DNA of 64,000 nt from the human T2T-CHM13v2.0 reference genome, Homo sapiens. The stretch is taken from NCBI RefSeq assembly GCF_009914755.1, contig NC_060945.1, one strand, 5' to 3'. The translations under genes and the position numbers were made by a program. The notes under the pieces were generated by a model. That model was not told the DNA's origin, did no database searches, and saw only the letters and a program-made list of their open reading frames with translations. Position 1 is the first letter of the stretch; every line of letters starts with the position of its first letter. Shown one piece after another: positions 36,919 through 50,943 of the stretch.

Positions 36919-38676
36919 TTCCTACTCCCAAAACAGCTGGAGTCTACTCCTTCCATTGCTAGTGTCATTCTTCACGCAGTTACAAGGTCCTGGATACTGG
37001 GAATCCCTTCCACATTTTGTCCCCTTGTCCTGGAATGTCCTTCCCATCCTTACCGTAGCAGATGTCATTCATTTGGATCTACCATTTAAAAAGCACTTAC
37101 ATGTGTATTTCCCCTGGGGATAAACATGCATGTAAGTGCTTTGTAAACGCCCACCAGTCACCTTGCGCAGCGGTGACAAGGTAGAAACTCCAAGTTTGCA
37201 CAACTAGAAAGCGAGTCAAGACTCAAACCCAGGCCTTGGGGCTTTCCCTGCATGGCCAGCTTACCACCCTCCCTTATTCAAGGTCTTTTTCTGGGTACCT
37301 CCCTGCCAGCCCTGTGCCTAATTTAATTCCTGCCCTCCGGCACCCCTTCCCACCTCTGTGACGGCACTTACTTCTCCTAACTTCATTATCCACGAACGGG
37401 AACTGTCTGCATCTTTTGCTTCCCTTTTACACATCAGCTCCTTCAGGCAACCTTAGTTCCCCTTGACTTTGTTTACAACAGTGACTCAAAAAGAATCAGA
37501 TCTTTGAACCCTGACCCTCACTTGCCCCATTGCTAAATAGTTACCACAGGCCATGTTGACTCCCCACAGCTCCCGTGAACACCCCGTTTTGTCTATTTCC
37601 AGGGCCAGTTTGCCTCGTTCAAGGTTTTATAACCTCACACCTGGCCACTGAGGCTGTCTCCTAACTGCCCACCTGGTCACTGGTATCTGCCTGCACCAAG
37701 TCCCCCTGCACCTGCGCTACAGCAAACACCATCATACAGTCTTAGAAACCTTCAGGAATGCCTCCTGCCTGCTGAGTAGATTGCAGATGTACTTGCTGGG
37801 TGTCACAGGATGAGAATTAGAAAACTAGAGCATACTTCTTTGTTTTTGCCTTGCAGAAGGCAAGCTCTTCACCAGGGACAAGCTTTGATGTCCGCCTACC
37901 TGCCTGGGAGAGAAGGGGAGATTAGGATTTGTTACAGAAGAAATTCAAGGTGCAAAGTAGGATTATGGAGCAGAACAGGAGCTGTATTTCTTTAAGGCTG
38001 TGCACTCAGCACTGCACTGGCCTGGAGCATCCACTCAGGGAGTGTGCTGACAGTGTACACAAAAAGAGAATCCTGTGTGCCATTAAGATGTAGCTGGAGA
38101 GTTTGAATTCAGGAAGGGGAAAGAATAACACAGGGGAAAGCCTGCTCTTTCTGAAGCCCATGAATTGTGGGGAGAGATAAAGGAAGGAGTTATAAAAATG
38201 TCTAGGTCCCTACTGCCTTCTCTGGCTTCTGCCCAGAGCCGGGGACCAGGTCAGGCCAAAGCTCAGGGCAGAGGGAGTTTTTGCACCCAGTCCCTAATGA
38301 GGACCATGGAAGCTCTTGCACTCCAGAACCTATGGTGGCGGAGGGGTCCTGGGTCTTCCTCTGCGGTGTAGATTCTGAGTGGAGATTCGAGGCATCTGCT
38401 GCAGTGAGGTAAGGTCACAGTGAACCTTGGAAATCAACCTTTGGTCTTGTGGGCTGGGTAAAGGGTGTGGCTGAGCCTGGTGTTAAACAGCTGGCAGGCC
38501 CTGAGGGAAGGCCAAGTGGCCAAGAGATGCCAAGGAAGGCCCTGGACAATGAGTTCCCCCAGCCACGGGCTTCAGCCATGTAGACCAGCCCAGCAAGAGG
38601 AACCCAGAGGATAAGGGACTTTCCCCAGAAACCCAAAGACATTGTGTCTGAGTACCTCCATTCTTCCAGAAGACCC

Positions 38677-38980
38677 GTGCTACTCCAAGTGTGGATCAGG
38701 AACGGTCTGTGAAATTTGTTACCGGTCTCAACAAGATAAGTCCAGAAACTGAGGGTAAGCATGTAGAAACGTCTATAGCTATCTGACCGAGTATTTTCAT
38801 GTCTGTTCAACCTAATAAAACTTGAGCTTGGATTTTGTGTGTCTTTTTTATTTTGTTTTTTCTAGTAACTTATTTTTCTCATACTTCACAAAATATCCAT
38901 TAGCACCATACTGAACATTTTAAAACAAACAAACAAACAAACAAATTGGTTTTTTATCGTGGAACGTTTGAGAAGCGCTG
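38677..38980. mobile_element. MER5C-like hAT MITE
   Basis: GTGCTACTCCAAGTGTGG...TTTGTTACCGGTC at the left end; TTTGAGAAGCGCTG at the right end. Confidence 0.55.
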
Positions 38981-39559
38981 CGGTAAACCACAGCAAGCCC
39001 ACAGGCCCCAACACCATCTTAGAAAGAGACTCAAGCAAAGAGTTACAGAGCATTTTATCCAAGGGAGACCTGGCCCTGCCTAGAGACTGTTTACTGGATC
39101 AGACTTAAAGCGCTTACCAGGTCTGGTAATAAAGCTAACATTTTTCCTGCTAACCAGCAGGTGGGGCACAGGAGGAAGCTCAGATTGACTAAAACAATGA
39201 CTCTTTCTCTGCACACACAAGTTGTGGTGTGAATTAAGATTTGTAACTCCTATATGTGGGTATCTGGGTCTGCCACAATCTGGGTCCAGGTTTTCTTTCT
39301 AATTAAACGCCCATCACTTTCTTACATGAATCTCCATAGGCCCAGAATTCTCTCCCGAATCCTTTCTGACCATGCACAACCTACCATTCTTATGTTTGCC
39401 CCATCTGGCACAGCATCAGAAAGATACTCCATCTTAACAAATCTCTATTGATTTCTTGGCCTTTGGTATCACATTCTGAGCCTCAGGCAACAGTGTTTGT
39501 GACCCATCTCACTTCCTAGTACCTACCTATGACCAACATAATTGACTCTCACCCTAGAT

Positions 39560-40015
39560 CCCACTGGTCCACCTCTCTGAGTTCACCCACAGTTGTAGTG
39601 GACCATTCACTCACATACTGACAGGTTCTTGGCATGAGCATCTCTGGCTTCTCTGAAACAGGCTTTCGCTGGGGCCACTGAAGCTTGTTCAGCCTTTGTG
39701 CAAAGCATCCCAGAAGGGCTGAGGATGGGCTACCCAACTCTCGACCCATAAGGGAGAGCAGTTGGTGAATCAATGCCCCAGCTCCTCACTCCCCAGAGGC
39801 ACAACTCTGAAGTTCATTCCACAGGATTCCTCGGAGGCTTCCCATGCAATCAGGCCTCGACTGTCCACTGAAGCAGTAATGAGCTTCTCTTAATTGGCCA
39901 GCCTCCCTTGTTCCTGTTCTCCACTCCCTCACTTTTGCTTCCTGGGGTCACTTTCTAGGTGAACTACCTGAACCCAGAGTCTTGTCTCAAGTATTCTTTA
40001 AATGGAAACCAAAAA
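39560..40015 (+). mobile_element. LTR16-like ERVL LTR
   Basis: AATGCCCCAGCTCC...ACAACTCTGAAG...GCTTCCTGGGGTCACTT...AACTACCTGAACCCAGAGTCTTGTCTCAAG. Confidence 0.6.
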
Positions 40016-42619
40016 AAGGCACCATCCCAATGGGCTTTTTGTTGTCTATGTTTGCCCAGACTCTTATTCTTCCAGCATTGGTGCAGAACCAAACTGGCTT
40101 CCAGGTGGAAGGCGCCCGTGGACCTGATCCAGGAGGAGACCAACAGCCAGGTGATATGGCCAAGAAGAGCTAGAAGCACATCTCTGTGGAGAAATGAGCC
40201 TTGAGTGATTCAGAGGCCTCATCCTCTTGCAACCTGACTGATGAAGCAGCTAGTGTCAAAGAAGATGGCAACTCTGTCACTTTTGCCTAAAAATACCCAA
40301 AGCTCCCTGTGATCCAAGAGGCCCTCATCTTTCCAGCTGTCACCACCAGCACAAACAGGAGACAGCCCTAACCCCTTACACACCACCTGATTTTTTTCAC
40401 TCCTTTGTAGCTCCTTAGTAATCACTTTAACCAAGGAGGCAGAGGAAAAGATGGTACAAAGAAATACAGAAAAGTCAGGATACAATACAGATGATGTAAC
40501 TCTGCCTCACCCATTGGTGACTATAACTGCCAGAAGACTGAGGGTGTTGGGGAAAGCGAGTCCCCACCCAGGACTGAGCACAACTCCCAAGGCACGCGGC
40601 CCCACCGAGTACTGAGCCTGTAGGTGCACATCCGTCTGTCTGCGAAGGTCGGAGAGAAAGGGAAAGAAAGCACTGCAAATAGGAGTGTTCAGTATTTCTC
40701 ATGCAGCCTCTCGCACAAGCAGGGTGCACTCTGTTCCTGAGCTATTTCACACGCTCTTCCATTATGGAACTCAGCACACAATCTTGATGATGTTGGTCTC
40801 TGTCTCCTGCCAGCCCGTGTGTTTCTTGATGGCAGGTTTGTCTTATTTATCTTAGTACTCTCAGAGCCTGGCACATGGGAGATATTGAATAAATGTTTTT
40901 CAAATTAGGTTGCAATAAATTAAATTGGGTCTACTTTGGCTCAGATGAAAATACACTGGAGATAAAAACAAAGCGTAGTGCAGTTTGTATGAGTTGTTCT
41001 GTCTCTCTCTCTCTATATGTATATATATTTATATTTAGTTGTAAGAAATATAAATATAAATTTATATGTACACACACACTTCCTTCTGAATTGGTCTGAG
41101 TTGAGGCAAACCAATGTGTGTTCATTCCATTAATCAGTCAGGTCCAGTGTTCTGTTCATTTATAACTATATTCAATAAAGGATTCTAAATCATCATCATA
41201 GAAAGACAACCCCAGAACTCAGGGCCTTGCAGCCCAATTCCAAAGAAAAGAAAATGTGAACTTTTTCTCCAAAGTGTTAAACTGTAAGGAGTGGTTTCCC
41301 CTGTGTGTTACTTCTGGGCCCACAATTGAGTGCCAAATTGCTAATGAATAGGTAGACCGTGTTGTCCATTTACCCTTGGCAATTACGATTAAAGTTACAT
41401 ACTTTTTATGATATCCTCCCCAGCCCCCAGAATAAGCCATGACAGCCACACCTTTCCCCCTGAAATATCCCCTTCATTTTTCACCCGCTCTGTGGCTATT
41501 CCTGGGACTGAGCCCCTTTTCATGAGTTCCAGCGGGTCCCCATCAACCCCCAAATCCCACCACAGGCCACATCGTCCCAGACCAGACCACGTCTGTTGAG
41601 CTAGCTGTCTATGTGAGTCTATCACCAAAGTAAGTTACATTCTTTCACTACCAAAGTTACTGGGCCTTTTTTTTTTTTTAACAATCCTTGGAAATGATCC
41701 CAGCTTAAAAAAGAACGAAACTCTCAACAGTCAGCCAAATACAACTGTTGAATAATTTAAATGAGAGCTACTAAGTCTTTTGAAAACAACCCCAACCCTG
41801 TGTTCTCTGATGTGAACAGGAAAAAAAAAAATTATGCACCAATGTGCAGAATTTGAGCCTATGCAGATGGCATGTTTTGCACCGTAGACTGCTGTTACTG
41901 TTTTGGCCAACGCGTTCCTATGGGATGCTGAGTTTTGTTTGTGGATTGATCTCTAAGTTACTTTATAGTTGAATCTATCATCATATTTTCCTGGGATTTT
42001 ATTTCTCTTCATTTTAAACAGATACATCAGAGACGGAGCAAGGAGCTTAGGCTAGCAAGCAGCCAACCTCCTCTGTTAGACCAAAATGTTCCCTCACTTT
42101 CAGAATAATCTGTGAATGTTGTTTGAAATGAAAAGAAAGAGTAAAGCATTTAGATAGTTCCTAAAGAAAAATAAAGCTTAATCAAGCCACTGTAGAGACA
42201 TCTCCTTTCTTCTGGGGCCATGACCAATAGCACTGTATAGAGAATCACATAAATAGACAAACTGCTTTCCCGTCCATTTGGGACACCTTAGACAGACAGA
42301 AAGGAGAGAGTCCAGAGACCTTTACTAAGCACCCATGATGTATGATGCGCTGTGCCTGGGATAAACTGTGATTTCCAGGAGCTTCTATTCTTCTTCTACT
42401 CTTACGAGCACCTACACAAGAAGCTACAAAAAGATTTTGTAAGCTAAGGGAAAGTAGGTACAGAAATAGAGCGAATTACTATTAACAAGTTTAGCTGCAA
42501 GAACAATTTTTTTCTGACGTTGGGCACCGAGGTGACCTTCTTGTAAGTGGTTCAAACTTGGATTTATTGTCATTGTGTTCTCATCATTCTACTATAAGTG
42601 GATCAGGCACCACCGACAC

Positions 42620-42800
42620 AAGCACACATTCATTTATGCATTCAGCACACACGTATGGTGCACCTAGTGTATGCATCATGCCAGGAACTGAGGAAGAGAA
42701 GATGATGAGGACTTCTGTCCTCCAGAAACTCATGATCTGCTGGGGGAGACGAGTATGCAAATGTATCCTTTAAGAGCACTGTCAGAAGTGCAATGAGAGA
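42620..42800. mobile_element. L2 3' remnant
   Basis: CATTCATTTATGCATTCAGCA...CACCTAGTGT...TGCCAGGAACTG. Confidence 0.5.
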
Positions 42801-43522
42801 GAGAAACTGTCCGTTCACAAGACTCACTCCTTCATACCTGGATGCAATACAGATGGAGGTAAGATTTAGGACTTTCTGCAGAGCCACTGCATTTTAAGTA
42901 GACTCAAACTGCATCTTTCTAGGAAGCGAGGCAGTATTTATCTGTCCAAGCAAAAATTGAATGAAGCACATGACTTCCATGGATGCAAACATTATAAACA
43001 AGGTCTCTGTGTGAATTTGCAGGATTGAATCTCCCAGATTACAGTTGAACCCTACCACCTAGAAATACTATGATTCTTATCAGACAAAATCAAGACATAC
43101 AAATTTAAGTTGGAACAAAAGAATAAAATGTAGTTGACTCACTTTATTTAGCACAGATTTGGATTTTTGTTGTTGTGTATATCAATTCAAGAACTAAGAA
43201 TTCAACCCAAGTTTTAAAATGTAAAACTGACTTCACGTATCTTTAGTAAAAGGCCAGCAACACCTCCCAAAGAGTTCATAATGTTTTTAGGAATAAAGTG
43301 CCAGGGGTTGACTAAGACTATTAAGAAAATTGGGTATAAATTCGAAAGAAATTGTGTGTGGGTCCCTCCCAGACCATCTTAGCCCATAGAGGTCTCTTAT
43401 TTCCTTGAGATTATTTCAAGGCATCAGAAATCTCCTTCTCACGTTACCTACCCTGCCCCATAAGCCAACATTTCATTCTCTCTTTGCATGAATCATTTCT
43501 CGCCTGTAAAGAATCTCTTGCC

Positions 43523-43853
43523 GTTGTTTTTTGTTTTGTTTTGTTTTGTTTTGTTTTGTTTTGTTTTGTTTCTGAGACAGAGTCTCGCTCTATAGCCCAG
43601 GCTGGAGTGCAGTGGCACAATCTCGGCTCACTGCAACATCTGCCTCCTGGGTTCAAGTGATTCTCCTGCCTCACCTCCTGAGTCACTGGGACTACAGGCA
43701 CATGCTACCACGCCTGGCTAATTTTTTGTATTTTTAGTAGAGATGGGGTTTCACCATTTTAGCCAGTATGGTCTCGATCTCCTGACCTCATGATACTCTT
43801 GCCTCGGCCTCCCAAAGTGCTGGGATTACAAGCGTGAGCCACCATGCCCGGCC
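43523..43853 (-). mobile_element. AluSc-like element with (GTTTT)n tail
   Basis: Reverse Alu: GAGACAGAGTCTCGCTCT...GGTCTCGATCTCCTGACCTCATGAT...CCACCATGCCCGGCC. Confidence 0.93.
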
Positions 43854-45113
43854 TTGGTTTTGCTTAGACTGAAGACTTTTCAAAATCATGAGTCAGTTCT
43901 CCCTCTTCTCTTTTCATTCCTCAAATTCTCTGAAACTCTATTAAATATAGGAATTTAAAAATGGCTGTTGAATCAGTTGTTTCAGCTCTATTGTTGCTAA
44001 GCCACCTTTGAAACAATTAAGACACCATCAATTTTTCTGCAGTTTATATAGTACCAGTGTACAAAGTAGATACTCAGGAAAAGGTATGGGTAAATTAACT
44101 GATTCTGAAGAATTGAGAATTTGTCCCTGAGTTATATAAGAATGATTGTGTATATTTTTAGTTGAAAGCATGTAATAGCCCCTAAAGAGCTTATAACGCA
44201 AACGACAACTAGGTTCTCAGGTTTTAAATCTCTGGTTAACAGGCTCATGGGTACTACTTTGCGGGACATATTTTAAAATAGAGTGGGGTGGGGGGGAATG
44301 TACACAAGTATTATTTGAATTCTATTATCATTTACTTATTTAAAACTTATTTTTGTATTTCATGTTTACTACTTTTGTTTGCTTTGCTTTGATAGAAACT
44401 AAAACCCATCTTCTCTGACAAAGTACTGTTTTTGATATTCAATAAACAGAGCTTTCTTATTCATCCTTTTCTTTAAAAATTACTTTCCTGTATTACAATT
44501 TGTATTTGTTAATCACGTATGGAATCAGCTTTTAAACAGAAGAAAACAAGCATCAGCTCTGTAGAAACTGCAGACGTTTTGGAGAAGATTAAACAAGACA
44601 GCTTCAAAAGACCAAAACATGAATCCACCCCAGCCCTTGTTGGTCAAACCACGTGGGCCTTCAGCTGTCTCGTCTTTCCAGAGTCTCATCTTATGATGAA
44701 AGTTAAATAAATTCCGTTGTAAATGATGTTTTTTAAAACTCTAAATGAGAGAAGCAATAGAGACTTTACCCCCTAATAATGGGATACTATATGTAATTCT
44801 TAAAATTAATAAAGGCCATTTGTGCTGTAAGAATTCTCCATTTTCTTTTGTAAAGGTGACTTCTTTAACCTGAATATTTTAACAGGTCAATAAGATATGC
44901 CCCTGGTAGTAGAGTGACATTTTTTTTCACTCCTCAAAAGCCATTTTATAAGACAATGCACATTTCAACATCAGCGTAAATAACAGCCTTGTTTGAAAAC
45001 TCAGGAGACAGCTTTACTCTTTCTCTGCCTTCTTTCCTACCCAGCCCTCCCCCTCCTCTGAACTGAACCACACCTCTCTAGAAATACTCGCGTTCTTAAT
45101 GAAAACCATATTT

Positions 45114-45138
45114 AAAAAAAAAAAAAAAAAAAAAAAAA
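45114..45138. repeat. Poly(A)25 not attached to a recognisable retroelement
   Basis: Read directly. Confidence 0.9.
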
Positions 45139-46049
45139 GTTTGCATGACCCGCCGAAACGCCTGGACAATCTTTAATGTCAGCTTCAGACGACACGTGTC
45201 TTATGAAAGTCTGGGGCCCTGCTCGTCTGGCAGAGCGAGCTCTGTCCCACATCTTTATGAGAAAGAGGGACAAAACTTCTGTTTTTGGCATTTTATGTTG
45301 GAGTCTGTTTTAAGCAAGGAGGAAAAAAATAGCAAAGTAGAGTCTAGACAGAAAAGATGGGGGTGAAATCTGGAAGCCATTCACCCCGGCAAGGGCAGCA
45401 GCAGCCCGTCGGCAGCAGGGATCGCCTTACGCTGCCTAATTACACATGAAAAATGTACACACCGCGTCTCTCAACTGCTTGGAAAAATAGATGCTAGGAT
45501 GGCGCTTTTGGACGGTGGCAACCGAACCAGTTGTATATTCTGGATGCGGGATCTCTTACTCCACGCATTTTGCAATGTGATTTCCTTTTTCAGGGGCATA
45601 GGTATTCCTTTCATCCTCCCCCCAAGATGTTTTAAATGTATTCTCAATTTGGCAAATGGTCACATTCTGTGAAGAATATTTAGATATTAAAGTAGGTTCC
45701 GTATGAGATCAAGTTAGACACATTTCTATGGTAAAGAGTTTGCCTAAGAGTAAGATCAAGACTATGAAGTCCTCAACATATTTTAGGATCTCATTGATGG
45801 CTTGAGGTGATTTGCAGTTACAAGGATAACTTCTAAATCATTAGCATGGCCTGCTCATGCAATCACAGACTTTGTGCCAAGCATAGGTCTACATTTTATG
45901 CAGGATAATGATTTTTTAAGAATCCTTTAATATAGTGTCTTTTTCCAGGAGTTCAAAGCATTTTTCACAGATATTAGCATTCAGTCACATAACATTCCTG
46001 GAATCTAAGGAGGGACGAGGCCGTAGCCAGGAGCTGACTGCAGAGGAGG

Positions 46050-46580
46050 TGTGTGTGCAGGCTTTGATGCTGGAGAGATTCTCCTGAAGAAAAAATGGTA
46101 GGAGAGAAATTTAGAACCCAACCTTAATGGATGTTAGAGAGCACAGCTAGCTGTGTGGGTGACAGAGAGACTGACAGACAGACTTGGAGAGGTAGGTAGA
46201 GGTCAGGGAAAGCCTGGGATAGAGAAACTGTCCAACAGAAGCTCAAAGCAAGTAAAAGAGGAGGCCAGGGAGCTATTTGGGGCCCTGAAAAGGGGTCATC
46301 TATGGAAGGTTTGGGAACATCAGGATACCAGGAAGGCTGGATGCCATGAGTGGTGAAGTCAATGGGATCAGCTCCTATGGGCTCTGGGTAAACACTGGGA
46401 AGGAGCCAGGAGCTGTGGGCAGAGTGGGTGACATGGCCTGGCTCAACTTGGGGGAGGCTCCCTGGCCAGGAGAGCAGAGACTGTGGGGGCTCTAAGGGGA
46501 GACTTAGGGAGAGACTGTTGTTCTGCTAGCAATAGATGGTGATGGTTTGGACCAGAAAGAGGAAGAATCTAGAAATACTT
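46050..46580. mobile_element. L2 remnant
   Basis: Purine-rich L2-like phrases (GGGCAGAGTGGGTGACATGGCCTGG...ATAGATGGTGATGGTTTGGACCAG). Confidence 0.45.
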
Positions 46581-46994
46581 CCCTAAGGCTGATTGAAGGC
46601 TGACTCTATCATCCTGCCAGGGGCCCAGGGGGAATTGCAGTAGGTACAGCAAACATCAAAGACAAGGGCCTCCTTCTGACATGAAACATCTATGTGCCCT
46701 TCAGTGAGGATTATTAAGTGCAGCGGGGCAATCCCACCAAAGACCACCAAAGAACCACACCAAAGACCACTAAGCAGCCACTAAAAATGATATCTTGGGG
46801 TGGTAACTGCAGCAGGTGTACACTTCAGTCAAAATACCTCAAATTGTGCATACACTTAATCTCTGGCCAGTTTATTCTATACAGAACATGCTTTAATAAT
46901 AAATAGTAAATTAATTATTTAACCAACGTAAGGCTAGGATAAGCCTCGTACGTGCCTCTGAATGTCCCTGGGGCTGTACTTCTGATTGAAACCA

Positions 46995-47215
46995 CAATAG
47001 CAATAGCTAATATTTTCCTCATGTTGCCAATGTGACCAGAATTCTTCTAAGCATTTTGCATAGATTAATTCAGTTAACAGTTCCAGCAATGCTATCAGAT
47101 AGATACTATTATTATCTCCATTTCGCTTGGGAAGAAACGGAGTCACAGAAAGTTCGCGAGCTTTGGCCGAAATGTCTCATCAGTGGGAGCCTGAGGTTAT
47201 CTGCAGCCTCCTTCC
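46995..47215 (-). mobile_element. MIR
   Basis: TTCTAAGCATTTTGCATAGATTAATTCA...TACTATTATTATCTCCATTT...GAAACGGAGTCACAGAAAG. Confidence 0.7.
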
Positions 47216-47281
47216 CTCACAGGGCAACTCTAAGAACCAAGGAGAGGCAGGCACCAAAGGGCTCTGAAAAGTGCAAGGATC

Positions 47282-47732
<451 letters not shown>

Positions 47733-48334
47733 TTACTTTAATTACCCTTTCCAGAGCCCTGTTTTCCATCCTCGTAATCATTACTTTTGCTCTTTTCTGA
47801 ATTCTCTCCAATTTTCTTACACCTCTCTAAAAATTTGTGGACACTATTGACCTACAAAGAAAGTTTGAAATCGTTGACAAGAAAGACGTTTGCAGGAAGA
47901 CCTTGCAATAGACGGGTCAGGTTTACAGAAGATTTTGATATCTGGGAGTTATACATGAGTTACTAAAACCCTGGCTTCTGTCCCAAACTTAGGTCCCAGG
48001 TGTTTAAGTCACCAGTGAGGAACTGTTTTTGTTACTGGCTGGAGGTCTGGTGGTGTGGGGAGGTGGGTCTGTGGCAGTGATATTGAGGTTACGACCCACA
48101 GTGATTATCAGAGCTTATTGACCCTTGAAGCCTCCGGGAGTGCTCAAGTCCTCCCAGCCTCATATCCCAGCACAGAGCCCTCTCTGGAAGTAAGAGCTGG
48201 CAGGTTTGGTTCTGGGGAGGTAACTGTCTTAGGACTACACGGTGTCATTTCAGAGGCCCATTGCCCCCTCTATCAGGCACAGGAAGACCCCAAAGAAAAC
48301 CTTGCTTCCACCATGAAGCTGTGCAACTTTACAC

Positions 48335-48465
48335 AAATTCCCTAAGCTCTCTGGACTTTACTCTCCTCATTTGTAAAATGGAGCTAGCAATATCTTCCTC
48401 ATAGGGTTTCCGAAGATCAGAGGTGATAGCAGGTAAGATGCCTGGCGTGGAGTAGCCTTTGTGAC
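48335..48465 (+). mobile_element. MIR
   Basis: CTCCTCATTTGTAAAATGGAG...CCTCATAGGGTT...GCCTGGCGTGGAGTAG. Confidence 0.6.
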
Positions 48466-48572
48466 AATGGGGAAAATTTGACACCCCAAGTACCAGCCCT
48501 TGGGTTGACATTCCAAGCCTTTCCCACAAACAGGTTCTTACTCAAGGTTTGAAGATTCACTAGAACATTTAC

Positions 48573-48757
48573 AAAGGAAAGGGAAGGGGAGGGGAAGGGG
48601 AGGGGGAGGGGAGGGGGAGGGGAGGGGGAGGGCAGGGGAGGGGGAAGGGAGGGGAATGGGGAGGAGAGGGGAGGGGGAGGGGATGGGGAGGGGGAGGGGA
48701 GGGGAGGGGGAGGGGGAGGGGAGGGGAGGGGGAGGGGGAGGGGAGGGGAGGGGAGAA
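48573..48757 (+). repeat. G-rich polypurine tract, (GGGGA/GGGGGA)n
   Basis: About 185 nt, almost entirely G/A, with roughly 30 G-runs. Confidence 0.95.
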
Positions 48758-50129
48758 GTGGAGGGCTTCCAAGGGCCCACATCAACCATGCAGGAATTTC
48801 TACTTTTAAAATTCTGGGTAAAATTGTATTCCCCCATTTCCCAGGCTGGGGTGTGGAGGTACCCAGGGAAGGGTCACAGCCAGCCTGTGGGACTTTGAAT
48901 GCTGTTCCATCTCCCAGATATCATATTGAGTGAAGGGCACCAAAGACCTTCCAGAGCTGGTACACATTAATGAGATCACATTGGAGAAAACATGAGGCAA
49001 AGCTCAAGATCATCATAGTTGTTCTTGTCTGGGCATACTACCATCTAACGGAAGGAAGCATAGTCTATGACCAAGACCAGGTAAAACAGTTAAACAACTG
49101 TGAAGGGGCTACTGAAATTGGACCGAGCATACAAAGAACCACCAGTGGGAATCTATGCCACCAACAACAACCCCTAATATCTCCCCAAAAGAAGAATTGA
49201 GGAAAGTGTCTCTCTTGTAGTTAGAGTCCATTTTTATTAACTGTCCATATAAATGTCAGACTAAAGAATTGTGCTTATAAAATGAACCTTAGGTATGACC
49301 CCGGAATTCAAAAATGCATACCCTTTGTGACCAGCAGAGACACATCTTCATTTGGGTTAAACACTGGCAGAAATAGAAACCAAGAGACGGGCTAGACCCT
49401 CAGTGGATGACCTTGAGCCATGACTTTGCTAAGTCTTTGCTTGCCCGGTATGGTTGTTAGATGACCTGATTGACAAGGTCTGCTCTAGTGATGTCCTACC
49501 AGGACTCCCAAGTATAACTTTTTCTATTATTGCTGTTTCTCAGCGGTCAGTGGGTGTAAGAGAAGCTAACCAGAGGAAGTGAATCACTTCCTGTGGTCAT
49601 TCTTCTGCCCACAGTTGAGCTATTTTTAACAGTCCATATAAAAATCATAAATCCAACCCTGGGCGTGTGTTTTATTTAACAAGTGCCTAATAAGTTAGGT
49701 GGAGGTGGAGACAAAAATGGGAAGACTTGAGCCAGTGAGGAGGAAACCATTAAATAAATTCCCCCAGATAATGATAATCTCTGTAGCTTCTTTTGGAAAA
49801 CTTGTCACAAAGAACAAGAATAATGTTTTTAGGGTCACTTCTATGGAAGTTCCCATTCCATATGGAAGAAACTAATTTATAAAGCAAAAGAGCTGCCCAA
49901 CTTTCACAGTGTCTGTAGTAAATTACTCAAAATATTCCAGCAACCAGCCAGGGTGATTTTTCAAAAATCTTTCTCTTCTTTATCACTGCTATTTCTTTCC
50001 ATTCGAATATGGTGGTATCATTTATACAAAATCTGTGAATAATTAGACAAGGAATGTGAAATGATTTACTAAGAAATGCTTGGAGATTAAGTACAATCTC
50101 ACTCCAGCATTGAATGAAGGAGAGTAACA

Positions 50130-50552
50130 GCTTGGGCATCCATTTCAAAGGACCACAGACTGGGCAGCTTAAAACAACAGAAATTTATGTTCTCACAGTT
50201 CTGGAGGCTGGAAGTCCGAGATCAAGTTGTGGGCAGACTTGGTTTCTTCTAAGAACTGTGAAGATAGATGCTGCTCCAGACCTCTCTCCTTGGCTGTAGA
50301 TGTTCATTTTCTCTCTGTGTCTCCACGTGGCATCTTCCTCCTATGACTGTCTCTGTGTCCAAATTTTCTCTTCCTTTAAGGACACCAGTCATATTGGACT
50401 AGTGCCCACTCTGATGACCTCATTTTAGCTTAACTGCCTCTGTAAAGACCCTATCTCCAAATTGGGTCACATTCTGAGGCAATGGAGATTAGGACTTCAA
50501 CATGTGAATTTGAAGTGGGGATTGCTGGGGGAGACACAATTGGCCCATAACA
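50130..50552 (-). mobile_element. MLT1B/C-type LTR
   Basis: AAACAACAGAAATTTATGTTCTCACAGTTCTGGAGGCTGGAAGTCC...AAGGACACCAGTCATATTGG...GACACAATTGGCCCATAACA. Confidence 0.85.
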
Positions 50553-50943
50553 ACAAAAGAGTTTCTTTTATTGCATCGTGACTTTATCACATATCAGGCT
50601 TTCATAGTATTAAATATCTACCTAACACCTCTAGTCTGCCTTCCACTCATATCCCCCGTGTAGATGTAGCCCACCCAGAGAGAGAAAACCCAACATAAAT
50701 TCTGAACAGGATGCTGCTCCCTGGACCTGCCCGCTGGAGGCACCATTTTTGAGAGAACTTCTGGTCTAGGTGCTCTTCCTAACAACATCTCAGATGCTTC
50801 TAACACTAGAGTTCAGACAGATCACAGACAACACTCAGAGGGCTATTTATAATTTAATATACACAACATATGATAAAATGAATTGTTTCACCATTTTATA
50901 ATATGTTGAGATGTCTGCAGCTCTTCTCATCAATCGTTTAAAG

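Noticed and set aside
37131-37147. TAAGTGCTT resembling the miR-302/520 seed
   Set aside because: It sits at the base of the 3' arm, not where a mature miRNA 5' end would fall, and is explained by MIR-like sequence.
48417-48898. Pro/Ser-rich and Gly-rich ORFs (extensin-like)
   Set aside because: Simple translations of the (GGGGA)n tract.
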